DNA of 64,000 nucleotides from a virus (Duplodnaviria; Caudoviricetes). The DNA lies in IMG/VR virus record IMGVR_UViG_3300009678_000059, positions 10,165 through 74,164 of that record, one strand, 5' to 3'. The notes under the pieces are model-generated. The model saw only the letters and a list, made by a program, of their open reading frames with translations, did no database searches and was not told the origin of the DNA. Position numbers and translations under genes: made by a program. Positions 10,630 through 17,953 of the stretch are shown here, piece by piece. Each line of letters begins with the position of its first letter. Positions within the stretch are counted from its first letter, which is position 1.

Positions 10630-11127
10630 ATGGCAAGAAATTCAGCCACAAGCTACATAAAAACAACTACAGCAACAGTAACGCGAAACGCTGAACTTTC
10701 TTTTGTTGATTTGTTTAATAACAATATGCTAAACCAAAATAATTTTACTTTGTTTGTTGAGGGGTATAGTTATAATGGATTTAACTCTGATGGATGCGTG
10801 TTTTTAGCTAATGCAACGGGGGGCTTCACTTCTTCGGCTGACTGTATTGGTTTTTGGAATGGTGTTTCGGCATTATGGAGGGATACTTCTGTTACTAACG
10901 TTATCAATTCTGTTTTAACAGGTTCTTTTAAATTTGTAGTACAAAGAAGTGGTACTACTGTTAGGTTTTTTAGAAACGGGGTACAGTTTGGAACTACTCA
11001 AACTATAACTGTTGCGAATTATAGATATTTAAATGTAAATCATGGCGGTTCAACTTACGCAGTAGATAAAATATTTTTGTTTAACCGCACTTTGAGCGAC
11101 GCGGATTGCGTTTTGCTTACAACATAA
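10630..11127 (+). CDS. spike/fibre protein, C-terminal fragment (LamG/concanavalin-like)
   Basis: Begins MARNSATSYIKTTTATVTRNAE, the segment that normally follows GAQLE in this protein family; ends with a LamG-like DKIFLFNRTLSDADC. Confidence 0.8.
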   Translation: MARNSATSYIKTTTATVTRNAELSFVDLFNNNMLNQNNFTLFVEGYSYNGFNSDGCVFLANATGGFTSSADCIGFWNGVSALWRDTSVTNVINSVLTGSFKFVVQRSGTTVRFFRNGVQFGTTQTITVANYRYLNVNHGGSTYAVDKIFLFNRTLSDADCVLLTT

Positions 11128-11153
11128 ATTTTAAAACAACAACTAACTATAAC

Positions 11154-11852
11154 ATGAGATTAAAAGCGCAGAAAAATGAATTCTATGTTTACCTGCATAC
11201 AAAAGAAGACGGAACCCCTTTTTATGTAGGTAAAGGCAAGGGCAAAAGAGCTTTTCAAAAATATGGCAGAAGCTCTTGGTGGAACAGGACATTTGCTAAA
11301 TACGGACTTGACGTCATTTTTCTTGAAGAAAACTTACCGGAAGAAAAAGCAATTGAATCAGAAATATATTGGATAAAGCGAATAGGAAGGCTAGACTTAA
11401 AACAAGGCGTATTAGTTAATCAAACAGGCGGCGGAGACAAGGGTACAACTGGACGTCTGAACACTGAAGAATATAAAGAGAAAATGAGGAAGGTGAATTT
11501 AGGTAATAAATACAACTTAGGTAAAACACATTCTTTAGAAACTAAAGCAAAAATATCATTATCTCAAAAAGGAAGAAAAACATCTAAAGCGACTAAATTA
11601 AAATTAAGAAAAGCTATGTTAGGTGAAAAAAATCACATGTTTGGCAAAAAGATGTCCAATGAAGCAATACGCAAAAGAAGTATTAGCAGGTCAGGAGAGA
11701 CTAGAGAGAGAATTATTGTCCTAGATAGTGAAACAGGGGTTTTTTACACATCTGTAAGAGACGCCTCTAAATACTACGACATGAAATTCTCTACTCTGTA
11801 CAACCAGCTTATAGGTGTAAACAGAAATAAAACTAACCTAATAATAGTGTAA
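11154..11852 (+). CDS. GIY-YIG homing endonuclease with NUMOD3/NUMOD1-like repeats
   Basis: FYVYLH...PFYVGKGKGKRA, E..AIESE..WI, NQTGGGD; GKTHSLETKAKIS (NUMOD3). Start at ATG 11154. Confidence 0.9.
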   Translation: MRLKAQKNEFYVYLHTKEDGTPFYVGKGKGKRAFQKYGRSSWWNRTFAKYGLDVIFLEENLPEEKAIESEIYWIKRIGRLDLKQGVLVNQTGGGDKGTTGRLNTEEYKEKMRKVNLGNKYNLGKTHSLETKAKISLSQKGRKTSKATKLKLRKAMLGEKNHMFGKKMSNEAIRKRSISRSGETRERIIVLDSETGVFYTSVRDASKYYDMKFSTLYNQLIGVNRNKTNLIIV

Positions 11853-11855
11853 ATT

Positions 11856-12482
11856 ATGAAATTGTATGCACAGCAATACACCAGCCCTCTGCCGACAGAG
11901 GACAAATTCGAAAACGTATTTATTGAGGACACTGGATTTTCCGTAAAGAGAAACGACAAGTACTTTTCCACGACATTCGAGATGTACCACCTAAAGAACG
12001 GAAACAGAATCACCTTGGACACGTTTACGCTTCAGTTCCTTGGTGTGGACGGAGATTCAGCAACCACAAACAGGACTACGGTGATGTCGATTCCGAATCC
12101 GGATTACGAGGCTATGGTCGCGGCAATTCCGACAGAAGTGACGATTTCTAATCCAGACTATGAATCTGATGTTGACGGTTCTCAGGAATTCATTACAATC
12201 ACGAACCCTGATTATGAGCAAATGCTGGCAAATGTCCCTGTGAGAATCAATACTCCTATGATAAATTACCTGATAGAACACCAGGGAGTGATGCCGGAAG
12301 ACTACACTATGGTTGATTACGGCTATCCGAACTACACTGCGGTAATGCCGAACTTTGACGGCGGCACTCTGACTTCTCCTGAGCTTTTCCTGAATAATGA
12401 CTTTGCTAAGGCTTGGTTCCTGGAAAACGTCTTCATGAAAGGCGAGAAAGTAGGATTGCAGTTCCAATTCGTTACAGAATAG
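11856..12482 (+). CDS. hypothetical protein with three NPDYE repeats
   Basis: 208-aa ORF in the late operon. Confidence 0.7.
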   Translation: MKLYAQQYTSPLPTEDKFENVFIEDTGFSVKRNDKYFSTTFEMYHLKNGNRITLDTFTLQFLGVDGDSATTNRTTVMSIPNPDYEAMVAAIPTEVTISNPDYESDVDGSQEFITITNPDYEQMLANVPVRINTPMINYLIEHQGVMPEDYTMVDYGYPNYTAVMPNFDGGTLTSPELFLNNDFAKAWFLENVFMKGEKVGLQFQFVTE

Positions 12483-12904
12483 TGGTTACGGCATTACTGC
12501 TTGTGGCACTGTCCCTGGTGATTATATTTTCGCCGGGGATAGTCCTGTCACTGATAGCCCCGTTCCTGTTTGCTTTGATGTCTCTGCCAAATCTCCTTGT
12601 GATACTCGTGAAGAACTACAATGTACACAGCTTCCGGAAGACGGTGAACAGGTATTCCATGCAGTCTGCGGTAAACGTGGACAAGTTCGGGAACAACAAT
12701 CTGAGTCCGTTGCTGAACGCATTTCTGATAAAAAATGACGGTTACAGGTTTGGCGATCCGCAGGAAACAATATCTTCGGTGCTTGGGAGAAACCAATTTT
12801 CGAAAACATTAACAGTAATTGGCAAGATAATCGTAGTTTTACTCTACGTAATCGACGTGCAGTACTGGTTTAAGGGCGGACACTGCCTTAACAGCATAAA
12901 ATAA
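12482..12904 (+). CDS. conserved phage membrane-anchored protein (GTG start overlapping the upstream TAG)
   Basis: Hydrophobic N-terminus, then DKFGN...FG.P.ETISSVLG.N motif seen in many phage proteins. Confidence 0.65.
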   Translation: MVTALLLVALSLVIIFSPGIVLSLIAPFLFALMSLPNLLVILVKNYNVHSFRKTVNRYSMQSAVNVDKFGNNNLSPLLNAFLIKNDGYRFGDPQETISSVLGRNQFSKTLTVIGKIIVVLLYVIDVQYWFKGGHCLNSIK

Positions 12905-13127
12905 ATCAATCAAATAAAACAAACAGCTTTAGAATACGCGAGAGAGTTATTCAGTAAATTCGACACTGAGGGATACTGCAGTTCATTTTCAGGTAACAAA
13001 AGAAGTAATGGAGACTGTATTGAACGAGCTGATGGCGGAAACCAATAATATCGGATTTTACCTAGAAGTAAAAAGAGAACTGGACACGGTAATTGAGGAA
13101 AAAATAAAAGAAGGGCCTGGATATTAA
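12905..13127 (+). pseudogene. disrupted small ORF (ATC instead of ATG plus a frameshift)
   Basis: ATC-AAT-CAA frame gives (I)NQIKQTALEYARELFSKFDTE; the +1 frame gives ...TKEVMETVLNELMAETNNIGFYLEVKRELD. Together they resemble a common small Bacteroidota-phage protein (recalled, not searched). Confidence 0.45.
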
Positions 13128-13139
13128 AAAACATAAAAC

Positions 13140-13376
13140 ATGAACGGAAAAATAAAGAGAATTTCGATAGGGGTGGAAGTGCCGAAACAATTTCATTATG
13201 GCTGTAACTCAGTGTTCCCTATATACATAGACAATAAGCGCATTGAGACCGTGATAAACAATATAGAAGAAACTGAGAAGTTCTACTTTATTTACGCAAA
13301 ATACGACGGAGAGGTGCATCTTTGGAAGAAGATAGGCAAACACGAATATATTTCTGTAGAATATTTTATAGACTAA
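13140..13376 (+). CDS. conserved hypothetical protein of Bacteroidota podophage packaging regions
   Basis: KIKRISIG...WKKI...ISVEY motif; upstream of the GroES-like gene. Confidence 0.7.
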   Translation: MNGKIKRISIGVEVPKQFHYGCNSVFPIYIDNKRIETVINNIEETEKFYFIYAKYDGEVHLWKKIGKHEYISVEYFID

Positions 13377-13407
13377 ATCTCACTAAAAGTATCAATTAAA
13401 TTAATCA

Positions 13408-13977
13408 ATGGAATCAAATATTAAAAGTCCGTACAAATTCATCGTAAGCCCACACGGAGGACAGTACGTAGACACAAAGAACGTGGACGGAGTTGAATTA
13501 GTGGTAAACACCTCTATAGAAAACGCGGAAGATGTACAAAGAATAGCAGTCGTGAAATCTGTGCCGATAGGCTATAAAGGGGATATTCGCGCCGGAGATT
13601 TGGTCGTTATTCAGCATAACTGTTTTAGAGTCACATTCGACGACAGCGGGATTCCGAGACAATCTGACAATCACATCAAGGATAATCTTTTTGGCATCAC
13701 AGCGGACATAATCTACATGATAATCAGGGACGGTGAGAAGATAGCGCCGGATGATTCAATGTTTATAGAGCCTATCATTACGTACGATGAGTGGCATGGA
13801 TATAAAGCGATGGATAATATCGGAATCGCTCGCTATGTAAACAACGACATGAAAGCGCAGGGAATAAATCCGGGAGACAAAATCGCTTTCAAGAGCTATT
13901 CGAATTACGAGTTTGAGATTTTTGGCGAGAAACTCTGGCTAATGAAAAACAGAAGGGTTACTGCTAAATTGGAATAA
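13408..13977 (+). CDS. GroES-like co-chaperonin (tandem GroES-fold)
   Basis: FIVSP..., AVVKSVP...IRAGDLVVI and GIARYVN...GINPGDKIAF...YEFEIFGEKLWLMKNRRV resemble GroES beta-barrels. Confidence 0.6.
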   Translation: MESNIKSPYKFIVSPHGGQYVDTKNVDGVELVVNTSIENAEDVQRIAVVKSVPIGYKGDIRAGDLVVIQHNCFRVTFDDSGIPRQSDNHIKDNLFGITADIIYMIIRDGEKIAPDDSMFIEPIITYDEWHGYKAMDNIGIARYVNNDMKAQGINPGDKIAFKSYSNYEFEIFGEKLWLMKNRRVTAKLE

Positions 13978-13980
13978 ACA

Positions 13981-14010
13981 AAAAACCCGCTTCTTACGAG
14001 GCGGGTTTTT
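13981..14010. terminator. bidirectional intrinsic terminator
   Basis: AAAAACCCGC-TTCTTACGAG-GCGGGTTTTT between convergent genes. Confidence 0.85.
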
Positions 14011-14032
14011 CTTTTCCTGAACACTTCAAATA

Positions 14033-14362
14033 TTAGTTGTGGATAATATTGAAGTGAACTTTTGCTACCGCATTCAATGCGACAGTCGGGTGTACGTTTG
14101 TGATTGTTACAGAAAACGATCCTCTTGCCTGATCCTGAATTCTAACAATAGGCGCCCCAGCACCTGCGTACTGTAAAGCTACTTGGATTTCAGTAATCCT
14201 TTGGCATTTTGTGTTGTTGATTGTAAATGTTGTTGATGCTCCTGCTGCCGCCGTTGTAAGCGCGAAAGTAGTGATAACTCCTTCGTAAGCGTTTGCTCGA
14301 ACAGCTGTGGATACAGAAGTAATCTGTGTAACATTTTTAATCCTGCCGTTGTTAAGTGCCAT
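14033..14362 (-). CDS. beta-rich, structural-like protein (decoration candidate)
   Basis: 109 aa, T/A/V-rich, ends VHFNIIHN; lies downstream of the HNH in the antisense cassette. Confidence 0.6.
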   Translation of the reverse strand: MALNNGRIKNVTQITSVSTAVRANAYEGVITTFALTTAAAGASTTFTINNTKCQRITEIQVALQYAGAGAPIVRIQDQARGSFSVTITNVHPTVALNAVAKVHFNIIHN

Positions 14363-14412
14363 GTGTTTATGGTTTTAGTGTGTTAATATTATGTAAAAGT
14401 AATACTTTTTAT

Positions 14413-15072
14413 TTATATATGCTTCCATAGCTTACGACTTAATATGCAGCTTATCGTATCTCTATCGACTCCATATATCTCTGCTATTTCTCGTTGAAAC
14501 ATATTTTTTCCTATAGCCCTGATTTCAAGCACCTGTTCTTCTGTTAATTTCGCTCCACCATGCTTTGATCCTTTTTGCGGTTTTAGCAATCCAGTATCGC
14601 ATGCGTGTTGTATGTTTTCAGCAGTTGTACACCATTCTAAATTGTCCTTACGATTATCCCACTTGATTCCGTTTTTATGATTGACAAATGGTTTATTTTC
14701 AGGATTCGGTATAAAGTGTAAAGCAACTAAACGGTGTACCATAAATCTTTCTTTTTCTGAATCTTTATGTAGAGCCACAGATAAATAACCGTCTTCCATT
14801 TTTGAAAGATGCAGCCTTCGAGGAAATACGTAAATATAGCTTTTCACGCCTCCTGCATCACTAATGTCATAAATGCCTTCATATCCGACAATCCTTGTCC
14901 ATTCTTCTCCCTCGACATCAGAGGGCGGAATTGTTGTGTACTTAGCAAGAGATTTAGCTTTACACTTCTTACATTTTGCACGAAATCTAATGATTCCATT
15001 TTTAAGTTTATCCATTGGAAATAGCTCCAATGGTTTTATCTCGTTGCAAGTATTGCATTTTTTTATCTCCAT
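14413..15072 (-). CDS. HNH homing endonuclease (Zn finger + NUMOD4 + HNH + C-terminal HTH)
   Basis: CNTC..CKKC; EEWTRIVGYEGIYDISDAG (NUMOD4); VHRLVALHFIPNPENKPFVNHKNGIKWDNRKDNLEW. True start ATG 15072. Confidence 0.92.
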   Translation of the reverse strand: MEIKKCNTCNEIKPLELFPMDKLKNGIIRFRAKCKKCKAKSLAKYTTIPPSDVEGEEWTRIVGYEGIYDISDAGGVKSYIYVFPRRLHLSKMEDGYLSVALHKDSEKERFMVHRLVALHFIPNPENKPFVNHKNGIKWDNRKDNLEWCTTAENIQHACDTGLLKPQKGSKHGGAKLTEEQVLEIRAIGKNMFQREIAEIYGVDRDTISCILSRKLWKHI

Positions 15073-15084
15073 AAAATAGAAAAA

Positions 15085-15160
15085 CCCGTAAATCAAGAGG
15101 TCGTAGTCTCTATCCTTACGGGAATTCAAATGATGTTTTTATTTCGGCTACGACTCCGAA
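15085..15160 (-). ncRNA. kissing-loop 5' leader, copy A
   Basis: Sense strand: UUCGG[AGUCGUAG]CCGAA ... CCCGUAAG-GAU-AGAG[ACUACGAC]CUCU-UGA-UUUACGGG-UUUUU. Loops pair GUCGUAG/CUACGAC. Confidence 0.75.
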
Positions 15161-15163
15161 CTG

Positions 15164-15171
15164 CAAATATA
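15164..15171 (-). promoter_or_regulatory. -7 box (TATATTTG) for leader A/HNH
   Basis: TAnnTTTG 3 nt upstream of hairpin P1. Confidence 0.75.
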
Positions 15172-15186
15172 CTCACAATTATTCGT

Positions 15187-15194
15187 TATTTTTG
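15187..15194 (+). promoter_or_regulatory. -7 box (TATTTTTG) for terminase
   Basis: TAnnTTTG 32 nt before ATG 15227, back-to-back with the antisense promoter. Confidence 0.65.
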
Positions 15195-15226
15195 TCTTAA
15201 ATGTAATTTGAATTAAATCTAAATAA

Positions 15227-17875
15227 ATGAAAGACTTATCAAAGGATGTCGAGTACGCAATATCAAACTGTATTGATGTATTGAATTACGATGTAGATAT
15301 TGTCGGAGTCAAGAGTGAGAAGTTACAATCTGTAATGTCCTCCAAGATAGACACGTTTGCTTCTGCCAAAGAATTAATACTTACCTGGGAAAACTCACTG
15401 AATGCTCCAAGAGAAACCAAATTAAGGAAATATGTTCAGGATTTGGTAGACGCAGGAGAGAACGCTATTGAAGTACTTAGGTTTGCATTAAGAAAAGACA
15501 TTGATCCGAATGAAGTGGATCCTGAGCGCCACGGTATCGCTGCAAAGGCAAAACCACTGATTTTTAAGGCAATCAGTGAAATTAACTCAGGAGTTATTCA
15601 ATTAAGGATGCAACTTGACGCAGGTAAAATTGACTTAAAAGCAAGGGAGTTTACGAGATCGTTTCCGGAGAAGTTTGCGAATCAGGAATTCTTTCCTGAA
15701 AAAGATTATTACAAGGAATGGTATGACGAAGCCACTGACAGTGTAATGCTTTGCCCTCTAGGAACTAAAGGTGAGATTATAAATCTTAGCGGACTGAACA
15801 TCATGCTTCCTAAACCTCCGCCGAAAACAAAAATCCTGTTCCATAAACTGCCAAAGGAAGAACAATACTGGAGACGTACAGAGGTTCCGAAAGGACTGAC
15901 TGTTGATACGGAAGACCAATTCACGGAATATATTTTAGAGGAATTCAGAAGACGTAGAGAAGGCGTTTGGTTTTACAATAACGGAGTCCCTGTATGGCTT
16001 ACTCCTGCGCACTACATGGCGCTACAACACATCAAGATGCTTGATACCGGCGAATGTATGGATTTCAGGTTCGCACAAAGGGATATGTTTTATTTTACAA
16101 GAGCTTGCGACGTTGACCAAAGATGCTTGGGTGAATTTTTCGTAAAGTCAAGACGTACCGGATTTACCTATCAGATTATTTGTGAGTACATCAATGACGG
16201 TACAATGATGGGGAATTCAAGATTAGGTATGATTTCTAAGACAGGGGAAGATGCTCAGGAAAACTTCCTGAAAATGGCCTATGGCATTCAGAATCTACCA
16301 TTCTTTTTCGTTCCGGTAGTCAAGGGTAAAATTGACAGCAAGACGGAAATCGAATTTGCAAAACCATCAGATTCCACCAAAACTTCAAAGAAAAAGAAAG
16401 ACAACAGTACTGATGATTACCTGAATACTTTGCTGAACTGGAAAACAACCACTGAGTCGGCTTATGACGGACTTCGTATGAAGAAACTGTTTGTCGATGA
16501 AGCATCAAAACCATTACCGCCTTTTAACTTAGAAACGTATTTTGGTAGGGTAGCGCCAACGGTAAATAATGGTGGACGCATAGTCGGGAAGCTGTATTTT
16601 GGATCGACGGTTAATCCAATGTCGAAGGGAGGAGACAAGTTCTACAAGATGTATTTAGGCTCCATTATATCCAAGCGAGACAAAGACACCAATAAGACGG
16701 CAACAGGGCTTTATGCTCACTTCTTAGCAGCTCACCTGAACATGGAATTGTTTACGGATAAGTACGGAGTATGTCATACAATGGTGTTGCCTGGGGAATC
16801 TTTCCTTAATGTTTACGGGGATAAAATCTCACAAGGCTCCATACAGTACCTTGAAAATATCCGTAGACAGAAAAGAAAGCAATCGCCTATTCTTTACAAC
16901 GAGGAGTTGAGAGCAAATCCGATGACAGTTGAGGAAGCATTCAGGGATGAAGCAAAAAGCAGTCTGTTTGATTTGGAGAGGCTAAATGACCAAATCGCCT
17001 ACAATAATGACATGGAAGTTGAGCAGACTCTTGTCAGGGGTAATTTTTCATGGAAGGACAACATAAAGGATTCAGAGGTAGTCTGGACTCCTGCGGCACA
17101 GGGCAGATTCCTGCTGTCATGGATTCCGCCAAAGGAACTTCAGAACAGATGGACAACGAAAGCTAATCCGTTTGGAGGCCAGAGCAGGTATCCTTTGAAT
17201 GATGATTTAGGAAGTTTGGGAGTCGATAGTTACGATATTGATGCAGTTCAGGATTCACAGCTTACAAATACGGAGAATGGCTCGGAGTACGACTTAGGCT
17301 CTAAGGGCGCTATTCACGGAGTAACCGGAATGACGATGAAAGACGCACCGAGCAATTACTTCTTTCTGGAATACATTGCAAGGCCACAGTCTGCAGAGAT
17401 ATTCTTTGAGGACGCTTTGATGGCGACGGTATTTTACGGTATGCCGATTATGATTGAGAGTAATAAGGCGAGGATTTTATACCACTTTAAGAATCGCGGC
17501 TACAGGGGCTTCGTGATTACACGTTTTGACAAACCTGCTAATAGATTATCGCCAACGGAAAAGATGCTCGGAGGGTTGCCGTCAAACAGTGAGGACGTGA
17601 TACATATGCACGCAAATGCCATCGAACTATACATCAATAAGTATGTAGGTATTTATTCTCAGGGGCAAGATGTTGTAGCTGCCCGTGAAGAAGGTGAAAT
17701 CGGAAGCATGCCTTTTAATCGTACGCTTCGTGACTTTTCTAAATTTGATTTACGAAACAGGACAAAGCATGATGCAACCATTAGTGCGGGACTAGCTCTT
17801 TTGGGGTGTAACCGTAAGTCTTACACGGTACAGCAAGTGAGTAAGTCATTAGATTTCAAGATTAGGACGTTTTAA
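15227..17875 (+). CDS. terL: terminase large subunit with an N-terminal TerS-like extension
   Basis: Walker A VKSRRTGFTY, Walker B LFVDEASK, nuclease GVDSYD and HDATIS; 882 aa with about 150 aa of helical N-terminal extension. Confidence 0.92.
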   Translation: MKDLSKDVEYAISNCIDVLNYDVDIVGVKSEKLQSVMSSKIDTFASAKELILTWENSLNAPRETKLRKYVQDLVDAGENAIEVLRFALRKDIDPNEVDPERHGIAAKAKPLIFKAISEINSGVIQLRMQLDAGKIDLKAREFTRSFPEKFANQEFFPEKDYYKEWYDEATDSVMLCPLGTKGEIINLSGLNIMLPKPPPKTKILFHKLPKEEQYWRRTEVPKGLTVDTEDQFTEYILEEFRRRREGVWFYNNGVPVWLTPAHYMALQHIKMLDTGECMDFRFAQRDMFYFTRACDVDQRCLGEFFVKSRRTGFTYQIICEYINDGTMMGNSRLGMISKTGEDAQENFLKMAYGIQNLPFFFVPVVKGKIDSKTEIEFAKPSDSTKTSKKKKDNSTDDYLNTLLNWKTTTESAYDGLRMKKLFVDEASKPLPPFNLETYFGRVAPTVNNGGRIVGKLYFGSTVNPMSKGGDKFYKMYLGSIISKRDKDTNKTATGLYAHFLAAHLNMELFTDKYGVCHTMVLPGESFLNVYGDKISQGSIQYLENIRRQKRKQSPILYNEELRANPMTVEEAFRDEAKSSLFDLERLNDQIAYNNDMEVEQTLVRGNFSWKDNIKDSEVVWTPAAQGRFLLSWIPPKELQNRWTTKANPFGGQSRYPLNDDLGSLGVDSYDIDAVQDSQLTNTENGSEYDLGSKGAIHGVTGMTMKDAPSNYFFLEYIARPQSAEIFFEDALMATVFYGMPIMIESNKARILYHFKNRGYRGFVITRFDKPANRLSPTEKMLGGLPSNSEDVIHMHANAIELYINKYVGIYSQGQDVVAAREEGEIGSMPFNRTLRDFSKFDLRNRTKHDATISAGLALLGCNRKSYTVQQVSKSLDFKIRTF

Positions 17876-17926
17876 CCATATATAGAAAAATAATATCATA
17901 GTGAAAAATATCATAAGAAAAAATTA

Positions 17927-17934
17927 TACTTTTG
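17927..17934 (+). promoter_or_regulatory. -7 box (TACTTTTG) for portal
   Basis: TAnnTTTG 19 nt before ATG 17954. Confidence 0.65.
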
Positions 17935-17953
17935 TTAAAACAACTGAGCAGTA

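Noticed and set aside
10049-10633. Group I intron in the spike gene (removal after U10048 and through G10633 would give in-frame QFE-S-RNSATSY)
   Set aside because: The HNH ORF fills all but about 55 nt of the insert, leaving no room for a P3-P9 catalytic core, and the insert carries its own promoter and a new ATG. RT-PCR would settle it.
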